A stretch of 64,000 nucleotides of DNA from Desulfobacterales bacterium. GTDB taxonomy: Bacteria; Desulfobacterota; Desulfobacteria; Desulfobacterales; UBA5852. Shown here piece by piece: positions 56,260-64,000 of this stretch. Numbering within the stretch: position 1 is the stretch's first letter; the number at the start of each line of letters is the position of its first letter. The position numbers were made by a program, and so were the translations under genes. The DNA is taken from positions 1,664,001 through 1,728,000 of the forward strand of contig CAXXVS010000003.1 of assembly GCA_963674755.2 (NCBI GenBank). The letters are read 5' to 3'. The notes under the pieces were generated by a model. It was given only the letters and a program-made list of their open reading frames with translations. It was not told where the DNA came from and did not search any database.

Positions 56260-58986
56260 ATGCCCACCATTATCGTGAATGACGCCCCCTATGAAGTCCG
56301 GGAAGGTCAGAACCTGCTGCAGGCCTGCCTGTCGCTGGGGTTCGATATTCCGTACTTCTGCTGGCATCCGGCCTTGCACGCGGTCGGCGCCTGCCGCCAG
56401 TGCGCGGTCAAACAATTCCGAGACGGCGCCGACCGGCATGGCGATATCGTCATGGCCTGCATGACGCCGGCCGCCGAAGGCACCCGCATCGCGATCGACG
56501 ATCCGGACGCCAAGGCGTTTCGTGCCTCCGTGATCGAATGGCTGATGATCAACCACCCCCACGACTGCCCGGTCTGTGACGAGGGCGGCGAGTGCCACCT
56601 GCAGGACATGACGGTCATGACGGGGCACAATTACCGCCGCTACCGCTTTACCAAGCGCACTTTCCGCAACCAGGATCTGGGCCCTTTCATCAACCACGAG
56701 ATGAACCGCTGCATCCAGTGCTACCGCTGCCGGCGCTTCTATCGGGATTATGCCGGCGGGACGGATTTCGAGGTCTTCGGCAGCCATGACCGGCTCTACT
56801 TCGGCCGGCCCCAGGAAGGCCCCCTGGAGAGCGAATTCAGCGGCAACCTGGCGGAGGTCTGCCCCACCGGGGTCTTCACCGACAAGACTTTCAAAGCCCA
56901 TTCCAGTCGCCAATGGGACCTGCAAGTCGCCCCTTCGGTCTGCGTGCACTGCGGGCTGGGCTGCAACACCCTGCCCGGCGAGCGCTACGGCGAACTGCGT
57001 CGAATCCGCAACCGCTACCATGCCCGCCTGAACGGCTATTTCCTCTGCGACCGGGGCCGCTTCGGCTATGACTTCGTCAACAGCGAGCGCCGCATCCGCC
57101 GCCCCCTGTTGCAAGCCGACGGCACGGCAGGGCAGGCGCCCGGCTCCCCTGAGGCGGCCCTGCAACAGGCCGCGGCCTGGTTCAGCGAAGGCCGGCCCGT
57201 GATCGGCATCGGGTCGCCCCGGGCGTCGCTGGAAGCCAATTTCGCGTTGCGCGCGCTGGTGGGGGAAGCCAATTTCTACGCCGGGCTGGCCGGCAACGAG
57301 CTGACCCTGCTGGAGGCTATCCTGGCCACCCTGCAGCGCGGTCCGGTGCCCGCCGCGGACCTGCAGGAGGTCAGTCAGGCCGACACCGTCCTGGTGCTGG
57401 GTGAAGACCTCACCAACACCGCCCCGCTCCTGGACCTGGCTTTGCGGCAGCTCGAACGCCCGGTCGGTTTTGGTCGCGCCGCCCGGATCCAAGTCCCGGT
57501 CTGGAATGCCGCCGGCCACCAGGCCGTGGTCCAACAGGAAAAGGCCCCTTTGTGGATCGCCACGCCTTGTGTCACGAAACTGGATACCATTGCCAGTGGC
57601 ATTCATCGCGCTTCGCCGGCCGGTCTGGCGCGCCTGGGCCAGGCCATCGCCCACCGGCTGGATGCGCAGATCTCTGACGTTCCGGAACTCGATGACGTCG
57701 CAACCGCGCTGGCCGAGCAGATCAGCGCTGCGCTGGCCGCGGCCAAGCGTCCGGTGGTGATCTGTGGGACGAGCACCGGCTGTCGCGCCCTGGTGGAAAC
57801 CGCCGCCAACATCGCCTGGGCGCTCCATTCCGGGGGGCGGTCGGCGCGGATCGTGCTGACGGTGCCGGAGTGCAACAGTATGGGACTTGCCCTGCTGCAG
57901 CCGGCCGGTGGGCTGGAGGCCGCTCTGGAACGCCTAACGGGCGAGCCGGCGCCGGCGGTCGTGGTGCTGGAAAACGACCTCTTCCGGCGGGCGCCGGCCG
58001 ACCAGGTGGAGGCTCTCTTGAGCCGTGCTGCCGGGTGCGCCGTGATCGACCACACGTTGACCGCCACCGGGGAGCGGGCGCCGGTGGTGCTGCCGGCGGC
58101 CACCTATGCAGAGTGTACCGGGACCCTGATCAACAACGAGGGCAGGGCCCAGCGGTTTTTCCAGGTGTTGCCCCCGGCCGGAGAGGTACAGGCCAGCTGG
58201 CGCTGGATCCGTGATCTGGCCGCGGCGGCCGGCCGGACGGAGATGGCCGCCTGGCAGCGGCGGGACGACGTGCAGGCGGCCATGGTCCAGGCCCTTACGC
58301 TCCTGCAGGGCGTTGAAGCGGCCGCCCCCGGTTGGAATTTTCGTGTGCTGGGGGACAAAATTCCACGGCAGGGGTTCCGCTACAGCGGCCGGACCGCCAT
58401 CCAGGCCCAGATCGACGTGCACGAACCGGCACCGCCCCCGGACCCGGATGCGCCCCTGAATTTTTCCATGGAAGGCTACGGCGGCACGCCGCCGCCGGCC
58501 CTGCTCTCCCATTATTGGGCGCCCGGGTGGAATTCGGTCCAGTCCCTGAACAAGTTCCAGGAGGAAATCGCCGGGCCCCTGCGGGGGGGCGATGCGGGCG
58601 AGCGCCTCCTAAAGCCGGCCCTGCAGCAAGAGATTCCCTACCATCCCGCCGCGTCGGCCGTGTCCCGGGATGGAGAGGATCGCTGGCAGGCGGTTCGGCT
58701 GTACGAAATTTACGGGTCCGAGGAGTTGAGCGTGATCGCCCCGGCCGTGGCCGAACGGGTTCCCGCGGCCTACGTCGCTTTGGGACCGGAAGAAGCGGCC
58801 GCGCTGCAGATCGCTGAAGGGGAGCTGCTGCGGATCGGCCTGGACGACCGGGCCCTGATGCTGCCCGCCCGCCTGCGCCCCGGGCTGCCGGCCCGAACGG
58901 TGGGCCTGCCCTGGGGCGTGCCCGGCCTGCCCTACTGGGACGAGGCCACCCGCATCACTGTTTCCAAGGACGGACGTCATGAATGA
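56260..58986 (+). CDS. nuoG: NADH-quinone oxidoreductase subunit G
   Basis: 'HPHDCPVCDEGGECHLQD', 'CIQCYRC', N7-type 'CVHCGLGC...CDRGR'. Confidence 0.96.
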   Translation: MPTIIVNDAPYEVREGQNLLQACLSLGFDIPYFCWHPALHAVGACRQCAVKQFRDGADRHGDIVMACMTPAAEGTRIAIDDPDAKAFRASVIEWLMINHPHDCPVCDEGGECHLQDMTVMTGHNYRRYRFTKRTFRNQDLGPFINHEMNRCIQCYRCRRFYRDYAGGTDFEVFGSHDRLYFGRPQEGPLESEFSGNLAEVCPTGVFTDKTFKAHSSRQWDLQVAPSVCVHCGLGCNTLPGERYGELRRIRNRYHARLNGYFLCDRGRFGYDFVNSERRIRRPLLQADGTAGQAPGSPEAALQQAAAWFSEGRPVIGIGSPRASLEANFALRALVGEANFYAGLAGNELTLLEAILATLQRGPVPAADLQEVSQADTVLVLGEDLTNTAPLLDLALRQLERPVGFGRAARIQVPVWNAAGHQAVVQQEKAPLWIATPCVTKLDTIASGIHRASPAGLARLGQAIAHRLDAQISDVPELDDVATALAEQISAALAAAKRPVVICGTSTGCRALVETAANIAWALHSGGRSARIVLTVPECNSMGLALLQPAGGLEAALERLTGEPAPAVVVLENDLFRRAPADQVEALLSRAAGCAVIDHTLTATGERAPVVLPAATYAECTGTLINNEGRAQRFFQVLPPAGEVQASWRWIRDLAAAAGRTEMAAWQRRDDVQAAMVQALTLLQGVEAAAPGWNFRVLGDKIPRQGFRYSGRTAIQAQIDVHEPAPPPDPDAPLNFSMEGYGGTPPPALLSHYWAPGWNSVQSLNKFQEEIAGPLRGGDAGERLLKPALQQEIPYHPAASAVSRDGEDRWQAVRLYEIYGSEELSVIAPAVAERVPAAYVALGPEEAAALQIAEGELLRIGLDDRALMLPARLRPGLPARTVGLPWGVPGLPYWDEATRITVSKDGRHE

Positions 58987-59932
58987 GATCCTGCGACAGG
59001 TGCTGATCGTCTTGGTCGTGATGGGGGGCGCCCTGGCCACCGCCGCCATCCTGATCTGGCTCGAACGGCGGCTGCTGGGCATCTGGCAGGACCGCCTGGG
59101 CCCCAACCGGGTAGGACCGCTGGGTCTTTTGCAGCCCCTGGCGGATGTGGTCAAGATCCTGACCAAGGAGGACTGGATTCCGCCCTTTGCGGATCGCCCC
59201 GTATTCGTGATCGCGCCCACCATCGTGGTCCTGGCGGCGCTGATCGCCTTTGCGGTCATCCCTGTCACGCCGACGATCGTGGTGGTCGACCTGGACGTCG
59301 GCCTGCTCTTCGTCCTGGCCATGTTCTCCCTGGGGGTTTACAGCGTCGTGCTCGGCGGGTGGGCCTCGCGCAGCAAGTACGCGCTGCTGGGGGGGCTGCG
59401 GGCCGCCGCCCAGCTGTTGAGCTACGAAGTCTTCATGGGGCTCTCCCTGATGGGGGTGGTCATGCTGGCGGGCTCCTTCAACCTGGGGGACATCGTGGCG
59501 GCCCAGAAGGGGATGTGGTTCTGCATCCCGCAGTTTCCGGGGCTGGTGATCTTCCTGATCGCCGGCCTGGCCGAGACCCACCGGCTGCCGCTGGATATCC
59601 CGGAGGCCGAGACCGAGCTGGTGGCCGGCTACCACACGGAATACTCGGGCATGAAGTTCGGCCTGTTTTTTGTGGGCGAGTATCTGGGCATCACGTTCAC
59701 GTCGGCCTTTATCGTGACGCTGTTCTTCGGGGGCTGGTCCGGTCCGCTGCTGCCCCCCATCGTCTGGTTCGTCGGCAAGTGTCTGTTCTTCATCTGCGGC
59801 TTTATCCTGGTGCGGGGCGCTCTGCCGCGGCCGCGCTACGACCAGTTGATGGACATCGCCTGGAAGCTCCTGCTGCCCCTGGCCCTGCTGAACATCGTCA
59901 TCACGGCCGGCATTCTGCTGATCATGGGGTGA
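58979..59932 (+). CDS. nuoH: NADH-quinone oxidoreductase subunit H
   Basis: 'QDRLGPNRVG', 'EAETELVAGY', 'PRPRYDQ'. Confidence 0.97.
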   Translation: MNEILRQVLIVLVVMGGALATAAILIWLERRLLGIWQDRLGPNRVGPLGLLQPLADVVKILTKEDWIPPFADRPVFVIAPTIVVLAALIAFAVIPVTPTIVVVDLDVGLLFVLAMFSLGVYSVVLGGWASRSKYALLGGLRAAAQLLSYEVFMGLSLMGVVMLAGSFNLGDIVAAQKGMWFCIPQFPGLVIFLIAGLAETHRLPLDIPEAETELVAGYHTEYSGMKFGLFFVGEYLGITFTSAFIVTLFFGGWSGPLLPPIVWFVGKCLFFICGFILVRGALPRPRYDQLMDIAWKLLLPLALLNIVITAGILLIMG

Positions 59933-60017
59933 GCCTGGCGAGGATCCCGAAGCAACCCACGGATCAACCCATGGATCGGCCGGAAACGGCGGATAAAGGG
60001 GAAAAAGAGGTAACCCG

Positions 60018-60533
60018 TTGCTGAGTCTACTGAAATCCATATGGATCGTGCTGCGGCACACCTTCCGGCGCAAGGTGACCATTCGTTATCCGGAGGAGCC
60101 GATTCCGCTGCCGCCGCGTTTTCGCGGGCGCATCATCCTGTCCCGCGATCCCGATGGCCAGGAACGTTGCGTGGCCTGCTATCTCTGCGCGGCGGCCTGC
60201 CCGGTGGACTGTATTGCCCTGCAGGCCACCCAGGACGAACACGGCCGCCGCTATCCGGCCTTTTTCCGCATCAATTTTTCGCGCTGCATCCTGTGCGGCT
60301 TCTGCGAAGAGGCCTGCCCGACGGATGCCATCCAGCTGACGCCGGATTTCGCCTACGTGGAGTACGAGCGGCCCAACTTCGTCTACGAAAAGGAAGATCT
60401 TCTGATCAGCGGATGCGGCAAATACCCGGATTACAATTTCTACCGGGTGGCCGGTATGGCCATCGGCGGCAAGGACAAGGGCGCGGCCCGCAACGAGACG
60501 CCGCCCCAGGATGTCCATAGCCTGCTGCCGTGA
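60018..60533 (+). CDS. nuoI: NADH-quinone oxidoreductase subunit I
   Basis: Two CxxCxxCxxxCP motifs; TTG start. Confidence 0.96.
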   Translation: MLSLLKSIWIVLRHTFRRKVTIRYPEEPIPLPPRFRGRIILSRDPDGQERCVACYLCAAACPVDCIALQATQDEHGRRYPAFFRINFSRCILCGFCEEACPTDAIQLTPDFAYVEYERPNFVYEKEDLLISGCGKYPDYNFYRVAGMAIGGKDKGAARNETPPQDVHSLLP

Positions 60534-60597
60534 GGCCGGGCGCAATGCAATCCCCTGCCGGAGCAGGGGAACCAACTTCCAACGAGGTGCAGGAACC

Positions 60598-61116
60598 ATG
60601 GAAATCGTATTTTATCCGGTCGCCGTGGTGGCCGTGGTCGCCACCCTGATGGTGATCGTGCAGACCAATCCGGTGCATGCCCTGCTGTACCTGATCGTGT
60701 CGCTCCTGGCGGTGGCGCTGATCTTCTACCTTCTGGGGGCGCCCTTCGCCGCCGCCCTGGAGGTGATTCTTTACGCCGGCGCCATTTTAGTGCTGTTCGT
60801 GTTCGTCATCATGATGCTGAACGTGGGGGCGGACACCATCGCGGCCGAACACCGCCTTTTCCACACCGGCATCTGGACCGGCCCGCTGGTGCTGGGGGTC
60901 GTCCTGCTGGCCGAGCTGGTCTATGTCCTGATGACCTTCGACGCCCGGACGGCCGGCGGGGCCGCGGTGGAAGCCAAGGCGGTGGCTGTGGCCATGTTCG
61001 GTCCCTACCTGCTGGGGGTGGAACTGGCCTCCCTTCTGCTGCTGGCCGGTCTGGTGGGGGCCCACCATCTGGGACGCGGCTGGAACCTGGAGCGGCCGGC
61101 CGGGGGAGGTGCCTGA
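60598..61116 (+). CDS. nuoJ: NADH-quinone oxidoreductase subunit J
   Basis: 'NPVHALLYL', 'YAGAILVLFVFVIMML'. Confidence 0.95.
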   Translation: MEIVFYPVAVVAVVATLMVIVQTNPVHALLYLIVSLLAVALIFYLLGAPFAAALEVILYAGAILVLFVFVIMMLNVGADTIAAEHRLFHTGIWTGPLVLGVVLLAELVYVLMTFDARTAGGAAVEAKAVAVAMFGPYLLGVELASLLLLAGLVGAHHLGRGWNLERPAGGGA

Positions 61117-61424
61117 TGCTGTCGCTGCCCCTGTTCCATACCATGGCGCTGGCCGGGGTGCTGTTTGTGATCGGGCTGATCGGCGTGCTCGTGCGGCGCA
61201 ACCTGATCTTCATGCTGATGTCCATCGAGATCATGCTGAACGCCGCCGGACTGGCGTTTGTGGCCGCCGGGGCGCGCTGGGCCGCTCCCGACGGGCAGAT
61301 CATGTTTTTGTTCATCGTTGCCATGGCCGCGGCCGAAGTTTCGGTGGGGTTGGCGCTGGTGCTGCAGCTCTATCACCGGCTGAAAACCCTCGACACGCAT
61401 GCGGCCGGGACTCTGCGAGGCTGA
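61116..61424 (+). CDS. nuoK: NADH-quinone oxidoreductase subunit K
   Basis: 'RRNLIFMLMSIEIMLNA', 'AAAEVSVGLAL'. Confidence 0.96.
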   Translation: MLSLPLFHTMALAGVLFVIGLIGVLVRRNLIFMLMSIEIMLNAAGLAFVAAGARWAAPDGQIMFLFIVAMAAAEVSVGLALVLQLYHRLKTLDTHAAGTLRG

Positions 61425-61425
61425 T

Positions 61426-63318
61426 ATGATGGAATGGCTCTGGCTGGTGCCGACCTTACCGTTTGCGGGATTTCTGGTGTTGTCGCTGGGCGGCGGCCGT
61501 CTGCCCCGAGGCGCCATCGGCGCGGTGGGGGCCGGATCGGTGGGTTTGGCGGCCCTGCTGGCCCTGGGCATCGCGACCGAATTTATGGGCGCGCCGCCGC
61601 CGGACGGTTTTTTCCAACTGTCCCTGTGGGACTGGCTGCGCGCCGGCCCCCTGGATGTGTCCGTGGCCCTGTACCTGGATCCCCTGGCAATCGTCATGAT
61701 GCTGGTGGTGACGGTGGTGGGCTTTCTCATTCACCTCTATTCCACCGAGTTCATGCGCGAGGAGGAGGGCCTCCGGCGCTTTTTCGCCTATATGAACCTG
61801 TTTGTCGGATCCATGCTGGTCCTGGTTCTGGCGGACAACCTCCTGCTGCTCTACCTGGGCTGGGAGGGGGTCGGGATGTGCAGCTACCTGCTGATCGGTT
61901 TCTGGTACAGCGACCCGGCCAACGGCTATGCCGCCCGCAAGGCCTTCGTGGTGACCCGGGTCGGCGACACCGCCATGGCGGTGGGTCTGTTTCTGCTGTT
62001 TTCCCAGTTGGGCACGCTGCAGATCCAGGAGATCCTGGTCAAGGCCGATCAAAGCTGGGCCGTCGGATCGCTGCTGCCCACGGCCGTGGCGCTGCTCCTG
62101 CTGGGCGGCGCGGTGGGCAAATCGGCCCAGCTGCCGCTGCAGACCTGGCTGCCCGATGCCATGGCCGGCCCCTCGCCGGTGAGTGCCCTGATCCATGCCG
62201 CCACCATGGTCACGGCCGGGGTCTACCTGGTCGCCCGCACCCACACCCTTTTCGCCCTGGCGCCGGCCGTGCAGACCCTGGTGGCCGTCGTGGGGGCCGC
62301 CACCCTGCTGCTGGCCGGCTGCAGCGGGCTGGTGCAGCGCGACATCAAGCGGGTCCTGGCCTATTCCACCATCAGCCAGATCGGCTATATGTTCCTGGCC
62401 CTGGGGGTCGGGGCCTGGTCGGCGGCCCTGTTCCATTTCATGATCCATGCCTTTTTCAAGGCCCTGCTGTTTCTCGGGGCCGGGGCGGTGATCATGGCCA
62501 TGGACCACGAACACGACATGTTCCGTATGGGCGGTCTGCGCCACCGGCTGCCGGTGACCTTCTGGACCTTCCTGATCGGCTCTTCGGCCCTGGCGGCGCT
62601 GCCCCTGGTCACGGCCGGATTCTACAGCAAAGATCTGATTATCTGGCAGAGCTACGCCTCGGTCCTGGGTGGCCCCTGGCTGTGGTCGGCCGCCGTGGCC
62701 GGGGCTCTGCTGACGTCCATGTACACCTTCCGGATGGTGATCCTGACCTTTTTCGGACCGCCCGGGCGGCCGGTACACAAGCGGCCGGGCTGGCGGATGA
62801 AGCTGCCCATGATCGTCCTGGCGGTGTTGTCCCTGGTGGGCGGGTTCATCGAACTGCCCGAAACCATGGGTCACGTGCAGCTGTTTTCAAATTTCATGCA
62901 CGGTTCGCTGCCCCCCGTGGTGCTGGCCAGCGCCCGTCAGGGGCAGGAAGGGATTTTTGCCTTAATGTCCGGCCTGGTTTCCGTAGGCGGCATTCTTCTG
63001 ATCATCGTGCTGCTGCGGCCGGCTGCGGGGCTGACCCGCGCGGCGGCGGCCTCTCCGGTGGGCGCGGCGCTCCAACGCTGGTGGTTCGGCGGGTGGGGAT
63101 TTGACGGGCTCTATGATTTCCTGATCGTACGTCCCTACGTCCGGCTGGCCATCCTCGACCGCGACGACGTCATCGACGGGCTTTTTCGCGGGATCGGGGC
63201 CCTCACGCAATGGGGCCATCGGGCCCTGGCCGTTACCCAGACCGGCATGATCCGTTCCTATGTGGCGGCGGTGGCCTGGGGGGCGGTGATCGTTCTAGGA
63301 TTGGCGGTGCTCTTATGA
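61426..63318 (+). CDS. nuoL: NADH-quinone oxidoreductase subunit L
   Basis: 'GKSAQLPLQTWLPDAMAGP.PVSALIHAATMVTAG', 'HAFFKALLFL'. Confidence 0.97.
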   Translation: MMEWLWLVPTLPFAGFLVLSLGGGRLPRGAIGAVGAGSVGLAALLALGIATEFMGAPPPDGFFQLSLWDWLRAGPLDVSVALYLDPLAIVMMLVVTVVGFLIHLYSTEFMREEEGLRRFFAYMNLFVGSMLVLVLADNLLLLYLGWEGVGMCSYLLIGFWYSDPANGYAARKAFVVTRVGDTAMAVGLFLLFSQLGTLQIQEILVKADQSWAVGSLLPTAVALLLLGGAVGKSAQLPLQTWLPDAMAGPSPVSALIHAATMVTAGVYLVARTHTLFALAPAVQTLVAVVGAATLLLAGCSGLVQRDIKRVLAYSTISQIGYMFLALGVGAWSAALFHFMIHAFFKALLFLGAGAVIMAMDHEHDMFRMGGLRHRLPVTFWTFLIGSSALAALPLVTAGFYSKDLIIWQSYASVLGGPWLWSAAVAGALLTSMYTFRMVILTFFGPPGRPVHKRPGWRMKLPMIVLAVLSLVGGFIELPETMGHVQLFSNFMHGSLPPVVLASARQGQEGIFALMSGLVSVGGILLIIVLLRPAAGLTRAAAASPVGAALQRWWFGGWGFDGLYDFLIVRPYVRLAILDRDDVIDGLFRGIGALTQWGHRALAVTQTGMIRSYVAAVAWGAVIVLGLAVLL

Positions 63319-64000
63319 TACTGACGTGGCTCGTCGCGATACCGGCCGGCGGGGGACTGCTGGCCTGGCTGACCGGACGGAAGAACCCCCAGGGACCGCG
63401 CTGGATCGCCCTGGGAGTGCTGGTGGTGGAACTGGCAGCGGCCCTGATGCTGACCGCCCGTTTTGCGGACCGCCTGTGGTCGCCGGACCAGGGGCGGTGG
63501 TTGACCACGGTCAAGATCGCCTGGATCCCTTCCTTTGGCATCAATTTTGCGCTGGCCCTGGACGGGTTCAGCTTGCTGCTGGTGCTGCTGACGGCGGTGC
63601 TGGGCATCATGGCGCTGGCCTCCGCCTGGACCGAAATCAAGGAGCGCACCGGGTTTTTCTACTTCAATCTCCTATGGGTGTTGAGCGGCATCATGGGTGT
63701 GTTCCTGACCATGGACCTCTTCCTCTTCTATTTCTTCTGGGAAGTCATGCTGATCCCCATGTATCTCATCATCCTGCTGTGGGGACATGCCAACCGGGTC
63801 TATGCCGCCACCAAGTTTTTCCTGTTTACCCAGATCAGCGGGCTGCTGATGCTGCTGGCCATCCTGGGGCTCTACTTTTTGCACGGGCGTGCCACCGGCG
63901 TCTATACCTTCGACTACCGGGAATTGCTGGGCACGGTCATGTCCCCCGGGATCGCCCGCTGGCTCATGCTGGGCTTTCTGGCGGCCTTCGTGGTCAAGCT
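63315..64000 (+). CDS. nuoM: NADH-quinone oxidoreductase subunit M (partial, runs off the window end)
   Basis: ATG overlaps the nuoL stop (ATGA); reads MILTWLVAIP...LALDGFS...FFWEVMLIPMY...AATKFFLFTQ...AFVVK. Confidence 0.93.
   Translation, partial: MILTWLVAIPAGGGLLAWLTGRKNPQGPRWIALGVLVVELAAALMLTARFADRLWSPDQGRWLTTVKIAWIPSFGINFALALDGFSLLLVLLTAVLGIMALASAWTEIKERTGFFYFNLLWVLSGIMGVFLTMDLFLFYFFWEVMLIPMYLIILLWGHANRVYAATKFFLFTQISGLLMLLAILGLYFLHGRATGVYTFDYRELLGTVMSPGIARWLMLGFLAAFVVK

Noticed and set aside
54442..57828. 1128-aa minus-strand ORF, and similar long antisense ORFs (e.g. 6459-8015, 24629-26077, 52549-54009, 61456-62874)
   Set aside because: Shadow frames of GC-rich genes with clear plus-strand identities; no recognisable motifs.
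59953..59976. 12-bp tandem duplication CAACCCAYGGAT between nuoH and nuoI
   Set aside because: Only two copies; likely local slippage with no functional evidence.
1..64000. CRISPR arrays, tRNA/rRNA genes, transposases, prophage genes, selenocysteine read-through
   Set aside because: None detected by eye; dedicated scans (tRNAscan-SE, CRISPR finders) were not run.

Overview
GC-rich bacterial chromosomal window, most consistent with an anaerobic Desulfobacterota/deltaproteobacterium (inferred from gene content, not proven). No rRNA, tRNA, CRISPR array or transposase gene was seen. In order: an octaheme HAO-family cytochrome with an altered active-site motif, class II photolyase, small accessory genes, an AttEFGH-like ABC/lipocalin module, a putatively Fur-boxed Cys-rich leader ORF plus DUF2318/ABC metal module, cspA, mtgA, an orphan pseudopilin co-oriented with a hybrid sensor kinase, rlpA, a sigma54-driven Fe-ADH/PuuD/AOR/TRAP catabolic operon, yrbG, mlaC, HU, an output-less Zn-ribbon/HAMP receptor with two PhnD-like binding proteins, a PAS kinase/sigma54 activator/CheW/MCP cluster, an MFS exporter, and an E. 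coli-type nuo operon (nuoA-[CBS]-B-CD-E-F-G-H-I-J-K-L-M, cut by the window end). Hidden elements not evident from the ORF track: frameshifted remnants of fbp, an MFS gene and a dppC/dppF fusion, a 151-bp MITE with a 6-bp target-site duplication, and several palindromic operator arrays. Best candidates for undescribed systems: the pseudopilin-sensor kinase module, an anaerobic AOR-based gamma-glutamyl amine/amino-alcohol pathway, and the transporter-less SBP/HAMP/Zn-ribbon signalling operon. All family assignments come from motif recognition by eye; no database searches were run.
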